A stretch of DNA of 64,000 nt. It comes from the human T2T-CHM13v2.0 reference genome, Homo sapiens. The stretch is from assembly GCF_009914755.1 (NCBI RefSeq), contig NC_060937.1, one strand, 5' to 3'. Within the stretch, counting starts at the first letter, position 1. The number at the start of each line of letters is the position of its first letter. Below, one piece after another: positions 41,147 through 57,200 of the stretch. The translations under genes and the position numbers were made by a program. Below the pieces are notes generated by a model that searched no databases, had not been told where the DNA came from, and saw only the letters and a program-made list of their open reading frames with translations.

Positions 41147-44100
41147 CCTTTCTTTTGATTGAGCAGTTTGGAGACACTCTTTTTGTAGAATCTGCAAATG
41201 TATATTTGGAGTGCTTTGAGGCCTATGGTAAAAAAGGAAATACCATCACATAAAAATTCGATGGAAGAATTCTGAGAAACTTCTTTGTGAGGGTTGGATT
41301 CATCTCACACATTTGAACATTTCTTTGATTGAAGATTTGGAAACAGTCTTTTTGTAAAATCTATAAAGGGATAATTGTGAACCCTTTGAGGCCTAGGGTG
41401 AAGTAGGAAATATCTTCACATAAAAACTACACAGAAATTTTCTGAGAAACGTTTTAGTGATGCGTGCATTCATCTCACAGTGTTGAACCTTTCCTTTGCT
41501 AGAGCACTTTGGAAACAGTCCTATTGTAGAATCCCCAAAGGGATACTTCTCAGCCGATTGAGGCCTTTGGTGATATTGGAAATATCTTCACATAAAAGGT
41601 AGACAGAAGCTTTCTGAGAAACTTATTTTTAATGAGTGCTCTCATCTCAAAGAGTTAAGTGTTTCTTTTGAATGAGCAGTTTGGAAACACTCTTTTTGCA
41701 TAATCTGCAAATGGATAATTGGAGCGTTTTGAGGCCTATGGTGAAAAAGGAAATATCTTCACATAAAAACTAAACAGAAGTTTTCTGGGAAACTACTTTG
41801 TAATGTGTGCATTCATCTCACAGCGTTGAAAACTTCTTTTGATTGAGCAGTTTGTAAACAGTCTTTTTTGTAGAATCTGCAAATGGATATTTGGAGTGCT
41901 CTGAGTTCTATAGTGAAAAAGGAAATATCTTCCAAAAAAAACTAGAAAGAAACATTCTGAGAAACTTCTTTGTGATATGTACTTTCATCTCACAGAGTTG
42001 AACCTTTCTTTTCATTGAGCAGTTTGGAAACAGACTTTTTATAGAATCTGGAAATGCATATTTGGAGAGCTTTGAGGCCTATGGAGAAAAAGGAAATATC
42101 TTCAGATAAACACTAAACAGAAGCTTTCTGAGAAACTTCTTTGTGATGCCTGCATTCATATCACAGAGCTGAAACTTTCTTTTGATTTAGCAGTTTGTAA
42201 ACAGTCTTTTGGTAGAATCTGCAAATAGATACTTGGAGTGCTTTGAGGCCTATGTTGAAAAAGGAAATATCTTCACAAAAAATCTAGAAAGATACATTCT
42301 GAGAAACTTCTTTGTGATGTGTGCTTTCACCTCACGGAGTTGAAACTTTCTTTTCATTGAGCAACTTGGAAACAGTCTTTTTGTGGAATCTGCAAATGGA
42401 TATTTGGAGCGCTTTGAGGCTTGTGGTGAAAAAGGAAATATCTCATGTAAACCCTAGACAGAAGTATTCTGAGAAACTTCTTTGTATTGTGTCCATTCAT
42501 CTCACAGAGTTGAAACTTTCTTTGGATTGAGCAGTTTGGAAATAGTCTTTTTGTAGAATCTGTGAAAAATATTTTTGGGCCCTTTATGGCCCATGGTGAA
42601 ACAGAAAATATCCTCAAAGAAAAACTAGACATAAGCTTTCTGAGAAACTTCTTTGTGATGTGTACTTTCAACACACGGAGTTGTAGCTTTCTTTTGATTG
42701 AGCAGTTTTGAAACAGTCTTTTTGCGGAATCAGCAAATGGATGTTTGGAGTGCTTTGAGGCCTATGGTGAAAAAGTGAATAACTTCACATAAAAAATAGA
42801 AGCATTGTGAGAAACATCTCTGTGATGTGTGCATTCATCTCACAGAGTTGAACCTTTCTTTGATTGAGCAGTTTGGAAACAGTCCTTTTGTAGAATCTGC
42901 AAAGGGATATTTCTGAGCCCATTGAAGCCTAGGGTGAAAAAGAAATGTCTTCCCATAAAAAGTAGATAGAAGCATTCTGATAAACTTTTTTGTGGTGTGT
43001 CCATTCATCTCACAGAGTTGAAACTTCCCTTGGATTGAGCAGTTTGAAAACAGTCTTTTTGCAGAATTTACAAAAAAATTTTGTGAGCCCTATATGGCCC
43101 ATGGTGAAATAGGAAATATCGTCACATAAAAAATAGACAGAAGCTTTCTGAGAGACTACTTTGTGATGTTTGCTTCCGTGTCACAGGTTTGAACCTTTCT
43201 TTTGATTGAGCAGTTTGGAAACACTCTTTCTGTAGAATCTACAAATGGGTATTTGGAGCGCTTTGAGGCCTATGGTGAAAAAAGAAATATCTGCACATAA
43301 AAACTAGACAGATGCATTCTGCAAAACTTCTTTGTGATGTGTGCATTCATCTCACAGAGTTGAATCTTTCTTTGGATTCAGCAGTTTTCTAAACAGACCT
43401 TTTGTAAAATCTACAAAGTAATACTTCTGAGCCCATTGAGGCCTATGGTGAAAAAGGAAATATCTTCACACGAAATCTTAACAGAAGCATTCTGAGAAAC
43501 TTCTTTGTGATGTGTGCATTCATCTCACAGTGTTGAAACTTTCTTTTGATTGAGCAGTTTGGAAACAGTCTTTTTGTACAATCTGCAAAGGGATATTTCT
43601 GAGCCATTTGAGGCCTACTGTGAAAGAGAAATATCTTCATATAAAAACTAGCAAAAGCATTCTGAGAAACTTCTTTGTAATGTGTGCATTCATCACACAG
43701 AGATGAAACTTTCTTTTGATTGAGCAGTTTGGGGACAGTCTTTTTGTATAATGTGCAAAAGGATATTTGTGAGCCCTTTCAGGACTGTGGTGAAATAGGG
43801 AATATCTTCACAAAAAAACTAGACCGAAGCTTTTGGAGAAACTTCTTTGTGTTGTGTGCTTTCATCTCACAGAGTTGAACTTTTCTTTTGATTGAGCAGT
43901 TTGGAAACATTCTTTTTGTAGAATCTGAAGATGGATATTTGCAGCATTTCAGGCCTATGGTGAACAGGAAATTTCTTCACATAAAAACTAGACAGAAGCA
44001 TTCTGAGAAACTTCTTTGTGATGTGTGCATTCATGTCACAGAGTTAAAACTTTCTGTGGATTGAGCAGTTTGGAAAGAATTCTTTTGCAGAATCTGCAAA

Positions 44101-47079
44101 GGGATGTTTGTGAGCCCATTGGGGCCTATGGTGAAATAGGAAATGTCTTCACATAAAAACTAGGCAGAAGCTTTTTGTAAAACTTCTTTGTGCTGTGTGC
44201 TTTCACCACAAAGAGTTGAACCTCTCTTTTGAGTGAGCAGTTTGGAAACACTCTTTTTGTAGAAATTGCAAATGGATATTTGGAGTGCTTTGAGGCCTAT
44301 AGTGAAAAAGAAAATATCTGCATTTAAAAACTAGACAGAAACTTTCTGAGAAACTTCTTTGTGATGTGTGCTTTCATCTCACAGATTTGGACCTTGCTTT
44401 TCATTGAGAAGTTTGGCAACAACTCGTTTTGTAGAATCTGCAAAGAGATATTTGTCAGCAGTTTGAGGCCTATGGTGAAAAAGTAAATATCTTCACCTAA
44501 AACCTAGACAGAAGCATTTTGAGAAAACTCTTTGTGATGTTTGCATTCATCTCACTGAGTTGAACCTTTCTGTTCATTGAGCAGTGTGGAAACATGCTTT
44601 TTGTGCAATCTGCAAAGGAATATTTGTTTGCGGTTTGAGACCTATGGTGAAAAAGTAATAACTTCAAATAAAAACTGGACAGAAACATTCTGATAAACTA
44701 ATTTTGCATGTGTGCATTGATCTCACAGAGTTGAATCTTTCTTTTGATGAAGCAGTTCGGAAACAGTTTTTTGTAGAATCTGAATAGGGATATTTGTGAT
44801 CCCTTTGAGGCCTAAGGAGAAATAGGAAATATCTTCACATAAAAACTAGACGGAAACTTTCTGAGAAAGTTCTTTGTGACTTGGGCTTTCATCTCACAGA
44901 TGTGAAACTTTATTTTGATTGAGCAGTTTGGAAAGAGTCTTTTGTAGTATCTGCAGAGGGCTATTAGTGAGCGGACAGGCTTATAGTGAAAAAAGAAGTG
45001 GCTTCTCAAAAAAACTATACAGAAGAATTCTGAGAGACTTCTTTGTAATGTGTGCATTTATCTTACAGTGTTAAACCTTTCTTTTGATCGAGCTTTTTGG
45101 AAACACTCTTTTTGTAGCATCTGCAAGAGTATACTTCTGAGCCCATTGAGACCTATTTTGAAATATGAAATATCTTCACATAAAAACTAGATAGAAGGTT
45201 TCTAAGAAACACTTGTGTGAAGTGTGCTTTCATCTCACAGAGTTGAACCTCTCTTTTCATTGAGCAGTTTGAAAACACTCTTTTTGTAGAATCTGCAAGT
45301 GGATATTTGGAGTGCTTTCAGGCCCATGGTGAAAAAGGAAATACCTTCACATAATAACCACACAGAAGCATTCTGAGAAACTTCTTTGTGATGTGTGCAT
45401 TCATCTCACAGTGTTGAAACTTTATTTTGTTTGAGCAGTTTAGAAACAGTCTTTTCCTGCATTCTGCAAAGGTGTATTTCTGAGCCATTTGAGGTCTATG
45501 TGAAAAAGAAATATCTTCATATTTAAACTAGACAGAAGCATTCTGAGGAACTTCTTTGTGATGTCTCCATTCATCTGACAGATTTGAAGATTTCTTTTAA
45601 TTCACACTTTTGAAACCACATTTTTGTAGAATCTGCAAAGGGATATTTTTGAGACATTTGAAGCTTATAGTGACATAGTAAATATCGTCACATAAAAACT
45701 AGACAGGAGAGTTCTGAGAAACTTCATTCTCATGTGTGCATTCACCTCACAGAATTTAAGCTTTCTTTTGATTGAGCAGTATGGAAATGGTTGTCTTTTA
45801 GAAACTGGAAAGGGATATTTCTTAACCCTTTGAGGCCTATGGTGAAACTGGAAATATCTTCACATGAAAACTAGACCGAAGCTTTCTGAGAAAGTTCTTT
45901 GAGATGTGTGCTTTCATCTCACAGAGTTAAAACTTTCTTTTGATTGAGCAGTTTGGAAACACTCTTTTTGTGATATCTGTAAATGGATATTAGGAGTGCT
46001 TTGAGGTCAATGGTGACAAAGGAAATATCCTCACATAAAAACTAAACAGAAATTTTCTGAGAAATTACTTTTTGATGTGTCCATTAATCTAACAGAGTTG
46101 AAACTTTCTTTTTATTGAGCAGTTTGGATACAGTCTTTTTGTAGAATCTGCAAAAAAATATTTGTGAGCCCTTTATTGCCTATGGTGAAATAGGAATTTT
46201 CTTCACATATAAACTAGAAAGAAGCATTCTGAGAAACTTCTTTTTGATGTGTGCATTCATCTCACATAGTTGAAACTTTCTTTGGATTGAGCAGTTTGGA
46301 AACAGCCCTTTTGTAGAATCTGCAAAGGAATATTTCTGAGCGCATTGAGTACTATGGTGCAATGTGAAATATCTTCACATAAAAACTAGAAAGAAGCTTT
46401 CTAAGAAACTTCTTTGTGATGTGTGCTTTCATCTCACAGAATTGAAACTTTCTTTTGATTGAGGAGTTTGGAAACACTCTTTATCTAGAATCTGCAAATG
46501 GATATTTTGAGCGCTATTGAGGCCCATGGTGAAAAACGCAATATCCTCACATAAAAACTAAACAGAAGCTTTCTGAGAGACTTCCTTGTGATGTGTGCAT
46601 TCATCTCACAGAGTTGAACCTTTGTTTTTATTGAGCAGGTTAGAAAGAGGCTTATTGAACAATCTGCAAAGGGATAATTCTGATCATTTTGAGTCCTATG
46701 GTGAAAGAGAAATATCTTCACATAAAAACTAGACAGAATCATTCCAAGAAATTTCTTTGTGATGTGTCCATTCATCTCACAGAGTTGAAACTTTCTTTTG
46801 ATTGAGCAGTTTGGAAACAGTCTTTTTGTAGAACCTTCAAAGGGATATTTGTGAGCCCTTTATGACCTCAGGTAAAATAGAAAATATCTTCACATACAAA
46901 CTAGAGAGAAGCTGTCTGAGTAACTTTTTTGTGATGTGTGCTTTCATCTCACAGAGGTAAAAATTTGTTTTGATTGATTAGTTTGGAAGCAGTCTTTTTG
47001 TTGAATCTGCAAATGGATGTTTGGATTGCTTTGAGGCCTATGTTGAGAAAGGTAATATGTTCACTAAAAACAAGACAGA

Positions 47080-47525
47080 AGACTGGATTAAGAAAATGTG
47101 GCACATATACACCATGGAATACTATGCAGCTATAATAAATGATGAGTTCATGTACTTTGTAGGGACATAGATGAAATTGGAAATCACCATTCTCAGTAAA
47201 CTATCGCAAGAACAAAAAACCAAACACCGCATATTCTCACTCAAGGGTGGGAATTGAACAATGAGAGCAACACATGGACACAGGAAGGGGAACATCACAC
47301 TCTGGGGACTGTTGTGGGGTGGGGGGAAGGGGGAGGGATAGCATTGGGAGATATACCTAATGCTAGATGACGAGTTAGTGGGTGCAGCACACCAGCATGG
47401 CACATGTATACATATGTAACAAACCTGCACATTGTGCACATGTACCCTAAAACTTAAAGTATAATAATAATAAATTAAAAAACTAACTTTGAAAGAAATA
47501 AAAAAGTGTTGAAAATAAAAAAAAA
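47080..47525 (+). mobile_element. Short 5'-truncated LINE-1 3' end (L1PA2-like) with an extended, interrupted A-tail
   Basis: Runs from gactggattaagaaaatgtggcacatatacaccatggaatactatgcagc through a G-rich tract and gcattgggagatatacctaatgctagatgacgagttagtgggtgcag to cctaaaacttaaagtataataataa. The GAG diagnostic (not ACA/ACG) excludes L1HS Ta and pre-Ta. Confidence 0.95.
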
Positions 47526-50500
47526 GATTCCTGAGAAACTCCTTTGTTATGTGTGCATTCATCTCACCAGTTTGAAATTTTCTTTTGATTGAGCAGTTTA
47601 GAAACAGTCTTTTTGTACAATCTACAAAGTGATATTTCTGAACGGTTTGATGCCTATGGTGAAAAAGAAATATCTTCACATAAAAACTAGACAGAAGCAT
47701 TATGATAACCTAATTTATTATGTGTGCATTCGTCTCACAGAGTTGAACATTTCTTTTCATTTAGCAGTTCGAAAACTGTCTTTGTAGAATCTGCAATGGG
47801 GTATTTGTGAGATCTTTGAGGCCCATGGTGATATAGGAAATATCTTCACAAAAAAAGTAGAGAGAAGCATTATGAGAAACTTCTTCGTGATGTGTACTTT
47901 CTTTTCACAGATTCGAATCTTTCTTTTAATTGAACAGTTGGAAACTCTCTTTTTGTAGAGTTTGCAAAAGGATATTTGGAGTGCTTTGAGGCCTATGGTG
48001 AAAAAGGAAATATTTTCACTTAAAAACTAAACAGAAGCTTTCTGAAAAACTTCTCTGTGATGTGAGTATTCATGTCACAGTGTTGAACCTTTGTTTTCAT
48101 TGAGCAGTTTGGAAACCATCTTTTTGTACAATCTGCAAAGGAATATTTCTGAGCAGTTTGAGGCCTATGGTGAAAAACAAATATCTTAACACAGAAACTA
48201 GACAGAGGCATTCTGAGAAACTTCTTATTCACGTGTGCATTCATCTCCCAGAGATGAATCTTTCTTTTCATTGAGAAATTCGGAAACAATCTTTTGTAGA
48301 ATTTGCAAAAGGATATATGTGAGCCCACTGAGGCCCATGGTGAAATGGGAAATATCTTCACAGAAAAACTATACAGAAGCATACCGAGAAACTTCTTTGT
48401 GATGTTTGCATTCATCTCACAGAGTTGAAATTTTCTTTTGATTGAGCAGTTTGGAAAAACTCTTTTTGAAGTATCTGCAAATGGATATTTGGAGCACTTT
48501 GTGGCTTGTGGTGAAAAACTAAATATCTTCACATAAAATCTAGTGAGAAACTTTCTGAAGAACTTCTTTGTGATGTGTGTTTTCATCTCACAGAGTTGAA
48601 AATTTCTTTTGATTGAGCAGTTTGGAAACACTATTTTGTAGAATCTGCAAATTGATATTTGGATTTCTTTGAGGCCTATCGTTAGAAGGGAAATATCTTC
48701 ACATAAAAACTAGACAGAAGATTTCTGAGAAACTTCTTTGTGATGTGTGCTTTCATCTCACAGACTTGAACTGTTCTTTTGATTGAGCAGTTAGGAAAAA
48801 TTCTTTATCTACAATCTGCAAAGGGATATTTCTGATTCCTATGGTGAAAAAGAAATATCCTCCCATAAAAATTAGACAGAAACATTCTGAGAAACTTCTT
48901 TGTGATGTGTGCTTTCATCTCACAGGTTTGAGCCTTTCTTTTGATTGAACAGTTTGGAAACAGTCTTTTTGTACAATGTACAAAGGGATATTTCTGAATG
49001 GTTTGATGCCTATGGTGAAAAAGAAATATCTTCACAAAAAAACTAGACAGAAGCATTCTGAGTAACTTCTTTTTTATGTCTGCATTCGTCTCACAGAGTT
49101 GAACCTTTCTTTGCATGGAGCAGTTCGAAAACAGTCTTTTTGTAGAGTCTGCAAAGGGATATTTGTGAGCTCTTTGAAGCGTATGGTGAAATATGAAATA
49201 TCTTCACATAAAAACCAGACAGAAGCATTATGAGGAACTTCTTTGTGATGTGTGGTTTCATCTCACAGAGTTGAACTTTTCTTTGCATTTGACAGTTTAG
49301 AAACAGTCTTTTTGTACAATATGCAAAGGGATGTTTTTGAACGGTTTGAGGCCTATGGTGAAAAATAATTATGTCAGATAAAAACCAGACAGAAGCATTC
49401 TGAGAAACTTCTTTTTCATGTGTGCATTTATCTCACAGAATTGAACCTTTCTTTTCATGTAGCTGTTTGGAAACAGTCTTTTTGTAGAATCTGCAAATGG
49501 ATATTTGGAGCACTTTGAGGCCTGTGGTGAAAAAGGAAATATCTTCACATAAAAACTAGACAGAAGCATTCTGAAAAACTTCTTTGGATGGGTGCATTCA
49601 TTTCACAGAGATGAAGCATTCCTTTGATTGAACAGTTTTCAAGTAGTCTTTTTGTAGTATCTGCAGAGGGATATTTGGGAGCCATTTAAGGCCTATGGTG
49701 AAAAAGGAAATATCTTCACATAAAAACTAGACAGAGGCATTCTGAGAAACTTCTTTATGATATGCACATTCATCTCACAGAGTTGAACCTGTCTTTTCAT
49801 TGAGCAATTTGGAAACAGTCTTTTTGTACAATCTGCAAAGGGATATTTCTTAGCTGTTTGAGGCCTCTGGTGAAAAAGTCATATCTTCACATAAAAACTA
49901 GGCAGAAGCCTTCTGAGAAACTTCTTTGTGATATGTCCATTCATCTCACAGAGTTGAAACTTTGTTTTGATTGAGTTGTTTGGAAACAGGCTTTTTGTAG
50001 AGTCTGCAAAGGGATATTTGGAAGACCTTTATGGCTTATGGTGAAATAGGAAATATCTTCACATAAAAACTAGAAAAATATTCTGAGAAACTTCTTTGTG
50101 ATGTGTGCTTTCATCTCACAGAGTTGAAACTTTCTTCTGATTGAGCAGTTTGGAAAGAGGCCTTTTGTAGTATCTGAAAAGAGATATTTTTGAGCCCATT
50201 GAGGCCTATGTTGAAAGAGGAAATATCTTCACATATAAGCTAGATAAAAACTTTCTGAGAAAATTCTTTGTGATGTGTGTTTTCATCTCACAAAGTAGAA
50301 TCTTTCTTTTCATTGAGCAGTTTAGAAGCAGTCTTTTTGTAACAGCTGCATAGGGATATTTCTGAGTGGTTTGAGGCCTATGGTGACAAAGAAATATCTT
50401 CACATAAAACTAGACAGAAGCATTCTGAGAAACTTCTTTTTTAGGTGTGAATTCATCTCACAGAGTTGAAACTTACTTTTCATTGAGCAGTTCTGTAACA

Positions 50501-50796
50501 GTCTTTTTGTAGAATCTGCAAAAGGATATTTGTGAGCCCCTTGAGGCCCATGGTGTAACAGGAAATACCTTCATTTAAAAACTAGACAGAAGCATTCTGA
50601 GTAACTTCTTTGTGATTTGTGATTTCATCTCACAGAGTTGAACCTTTCTTTTGATTGAGCAGTTTGGAAAACCTCTTTTTGCACAATCTGCAAAAGATAT
50701 TTGGTGCACTTTGTGGACTATGGTGAAAAAGGAAATATCTTCATATAAAAACTAGAAAGAAACTTTCTGAGAAACTTCTTTGTGATGTGCACTTTC

Positions 50797-52372
<1,576 letters not shown>

Positions 52373-54237
52373 GAGAAACTTCTTTGTGATGTGTGCATTC
52401 ATCTCACAGAGTTGAACCTTTCTTTTGATTGGGCAGTTTGGAAACAGTCTTTTTGTAGAATCTGCAAAGTGATATGTTTCAGTGGTTTGAATCCAATGGT
52501 GAAAAAGGAAATATCGAAAAATAAAATGTAGACAGCAGCTTTCTGAAGAACTTCTTTGTGATGTGTGCATTCATCTCACAGGGTTGAATTTCTTTCAATT
52601 CACCAGTTTGGAAACAGTCTTTTTGTAGAACCTGCAAAGTGATATTGGTGAACGCTTTGATGCTTATGGTGCAAAAGGAAATATCTTCATATAAAAACTA
52701 GACTCATGTTTTCTGGGAAACTTCTTTGTGATGGGTGTATGCATCTCAAAAACTTGAATCTTTCTTTTGATTGAGCAGTTTGGAAACAGTCTTTTTGGAG
52801 AATCTGTAAATGGATGTTTTTGAGTGGTTTGAGGCATGTGATGAAAAAGGAAATATCTTCATATAAAAACTAGACAGAAGCATTCTGAGAAACCACTTTG
52901 CGATGCATGCATTCATCTCACAGAGTTTAATTTTCTTTCATTGAGCAGATAGGAAACAGTCTTTTTGTAGAATAAGCAAAGCGATATTTGTGAGCTTTCT
53001 GAGGCCTATTGTGAAAAAGGAAATATCCACAAATAAAATCTAGACAGAATCCTTCTGAGAAACTTCGTAGTGATGTGTGCATTCATCACACAGAATTGAA
53101 CCTTTCTTTTGATTGAGCAGTTTGGAAACAGTCTTTTCATAGAATCTGCAAAGGAAAATTTGGGAACACTTTCAGGCTTATGGTGAAAAAAAGTGTCTTC
53201 ACATAAAAACTATACAGAAACATTCTGAGAAACTTCTTTTTGATGTGTGCATTCATCTCACACAGCTGAACTTTCATTTGAGTGAGCAGTTTGGAAACAG
53301 TCCTATTGTAGAATCTGCAAAGGGTTATTTATGAGCTGTTTGAGGCCTATGGTGAAAAAGGGAGTATCGACAAATAAAAACTAGACAGAAACTTTCTGAG
53401 AAACTTCTCTCTGATATGTGCATTCATCTCACAGAGTAGAAGCTTTCTTTGATTGAGCCGTTTGGAAACAGTCTTTTTGTAGAATCTGCAAAGGGTTATA
53501 TATAGGCGGTTTCAGGTCTATGGTGAAAAAGGAAATATCTTCACATAAAAACTAGACAGAAGCTTTCTGAGAAAATTCTTTGAGATGTGCACATTCATCT
53601 CACAGATTTGAAGTATTCTTTTCCTTGACCAGTTTGGATAGAGTCTTTTTGTAGAATCTGCTTTGCGATATATGTGAGCCCTTTGAAGCCTATGGTGAAA
53701 AAAGTAATATCTTCACACAAAAACTAGACAGAAGCTTTCTGAGAAACTTCTTTGTGATGTGTGCATTCATCCCAAAAGTTGAACCTGTCTTTGGATTGAG
53801 CAGTTTGGAAACAGTCCTTTGTAGAATGTACAAAGGGATATTTGGGATCCCTTTTTGGCCTATGGTGAAAAAGGAAATGTCTTCAGATAAAAACTAGACA
53901 GAAGCATTCTGAGAAACTTCTTTGCGATGTGTGCATTCACCTCACAGAGTTGAAGCTTTCTTTTGATTGAGTAGTTTGGAAACAGTCTTTTTGTAGAATC
54001 TGAAAAGGGTTATTTATGAGTGGTTTGAGGTCTATGGTGAAAAAGGGAGTATCAACAAATAAAAAGTAGACAGAAACTTTCTGAGAAACTTCTCTGGATG
54101 TGTGCATTCATCTCACAGAGTGGAAGCTTTCTTTGATTGAGCAGTTTTGTAACAGTCTTTTTGTAGAATTTGCAAAGGGATATATGTAGGCAGTTTGAGG
54201 TCTATGGTGAAAACGGAAATATCTTCACATAAAAACT

Positions 54238-57200
54238 AACTGCTTAATGGGAAGAAATTTTTACTTCTGTGTGATAAATGCACATGTCACAAATGAGTTA
54301 CTCAGAAAACTTCTTTCTACTTTTAATATGAAGATATTTCCTTTTTCACCATATGCTTCAATGCACTCACAGATATCCCTTTGAAGATTCTACAAAAAGA
54401 TTGTTTCCAAACTGCTCAATAAACAGAATGATTCAACCCTGTGAGACGAATGTGTACATCACAAAGAAGTTTCTCAGAAAACTTCCTTCTCAGTTTTATT
54501 TGAAGATATTTCCTTTTTGAACATAGGCCTCAATGCACTCCCAAATATACCTTTGCAGAGTCTACAAAAAGACTGTTTCCAAACTGCTCAATCAAAAGAA
54601 AGTTTCAACTCTGTTAGATGAATGCACTCATCAGAAAGTAGTTTCTCAGTAAGCTTCTCACTAGTTTTTATATGAAGATACTTCCTTTTTCAACATGGGT
54701 CTCAAAGCACTCAAAAATATCCCTTTGCAGACTCTAGAATAACAGAGTTTACAAACTGCTCAATGAAAAGAAATGTTTACATCTGTGAGATGAGTACACA
54801 TATCTTAAAGCAGCTTCTCAGAATGCTTCTTTCTAGCTTTTATGTGAAGATATTTCCTTTTCCACCATAGGCCTCAACTTGCTCCTAAATATCCCTTTGC
54901 AGATTCTACAAAAAGACTGTTTCCATACTGCTCAATCAAAAAAAAAAAAATGTTAAACTCTATGAGATAAATGCACACATCAAAAAAAGTTTCTCAGAAA
55001 ACTTTTGTCTAGTTTTTATGTGAATATATTTCCTTATTCATCATAAGCCTCAAAGCGCTACAAATATCCCTCTGCAGATTCTACAAAAAGACTGTTTGCA
55101 AACTGCTCAATCCAAAGAATATTTCACCTCTGTGTGATGAATGCACACATCCAAAGAAGTTTCTCAGAAACTTTCTTTATGGTTTTTCCCTGAAGATATT
55201 TCCTTTTTCAACATAGACCTCAAAGACATCACAAATATCCCTTTGCAGATTCTACAAAAAGACTGTTTCCAAGCTGCTCAATAAAAAGAATTATTGAACA
55301 CTGTCAGATGAATGCACACAGCTCAAAGAAGTTTCTCAGAATCCTTCAGTCTAGTTTTTATGTGAATATATTTCCTTTTTCACGATAGGCCTCAAAGTGC
55401 TCCAAATATCCGTTTGCAGAGTCTACAAAAAGACTGTTTCCAAACGGCTCAATCAAAACAAAGGTTCAACTCTGTGTGATGAATGCACACATCACGAAGT
55501 AGTTTCTCATAATGCTTCTGTCCAGTTTTTCACCGTAGGTCTCAAAGTGCTCACAAATATCTCTTTACAGATTCTACAAAAATACTTCTTCCAAATTGCT
55601 CAATCAAAAGAAAGGTTCAACTCTGTGAGATGTATGCACACCACAAAGAGGTTTCTCAGAAAGCTTCTCTCTAGTTTTTATGTGAAGATATTTCCTTTTT
55701 CACCATAGGCCTCAAAGCATTCACAAATATCCCTTTGCAGATTCTACAAAAAGACTCTTTACACATGGCTCAATCAAAAGAATGTTTCAACTCTGTGAGG
55801 TGAATGCTCACATCACGAGGATGTTTCTCAGAAAGCTTCTGTGTAGTTTTTATGTGAAGATATTTCCTTTTTCACCATACACCTCAAAGGGCTCACAAAT
55901 ATCCCTTTGCAGATCTTACAAGAAAAGAGTTTCCAATCTTCTCAATGAAAAGAAACAGACACATCTGGGAGATGAATGTACATATCACAAAGCAGTTTCT
56001 GAGAAACATTCTGTCTAGTTTTTATGTGAAGGTATCTCCTTTTCCACCACAGGATGTAAAGCACTCAAAATTGTCCCTTTGCAGATTCTACAAAAAGATT
56101 GTTTCCACACTGCTCATCAAAAGAAAGGTTCAACTCTGTGAGATGAATGCACATGTCAAAAAGTGGTTTCTCAGAAATCTTCTATTAATTTTTTATGTGA
56201 ATGTTTCCTTTTTCCCCATGAGCCTCAAGGTGCTCAGAAGTATCCACTTGAAGAATATTTAAAAAGACTGTTTCCAAACTGCTCAATCAAAAGAAAAGTT
56301 GAACTGTGTGAGATGACTGCACACATCACAAAGAAGTTTCTCAGAAACCTTCTTTATAGTTTTTCTGTGAAGATATTTCCTTTTTCACCATAGGCCTCAA
56401 AGCCCTCACAAATATCTCTTTGCAGATTCTACAAAAAGATTGTTCCAAATCGCTCAATAAAAAGAATTATTGAACTTTGTGAGATGAATGCACACATCTC
56501 AAAGAAGTTTCTCACAAACTTTCAGTCTGATTTTTATGTGAATGTATTTCATTTTTCACCATAGGCCTCAAAGTGCTCCAAATATCCATTTGCAGAGTCT
56601 ACAAAAAGACTGTTTCCAAATGGCTCAATGAATAGAAAGTTTCAACTCTGAGATGAATCCACAAATCACTAAGAAGTTTTGCAGGAGACTTCTGTCTAAT
56701 TTTTATATGAAGACATTTCCTTTTTCACCATAGGCCTCCATCTGCTCACAATTATCCCTTAGCAGATTCTACAAGAACAGAATTTCCAGACTGATCAAAC
56801 AAAACAAACGTTTTTCTCTGTGTGGTGAATGCACACATCACAAAACTGTTTCTCAGAAACCTTCTTTATACTTTTTATGTGATGATAATTCTTTTTTCTC
56901 CCTAGGACTCAAAGTGCTCAAAAATATCCCTTTGCAGATTCTACAAAAAGATTGTTTCCAAAGTGCTCAATCGAAAGAATAGTTCAACTCTGTGAGATGA
57001 ATGTGTACATCACAGAGAAGTTTCTCAGAAACCTTCTTTTTAGTTTTTATGTGAAGATATTTCCTTTTCCACCACAGGCTTCAAAGTGCTCAGGAATATC
57101 CCTTTGTAGATTCTGCAAAAAGACTGCTTCCCAACTGCTCAATCAAATAAATGGTTGAACTTTGTGAGATGGATGCACACATCTCAAAGAGGTTTCTCAG

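Noticed and set aside
54938-54950. A13 run as a retroelement tail
   Set aside because: It sits in phase at the monomer's aaaagaaa position, so it is a local poly(A) expansion with no element body.
55520-55540. Short monomer as a structural breakpoint
   Set aside because: It is a simple ~21-bp deletion between two T5 runs; orientation and monomer family are unchanged.
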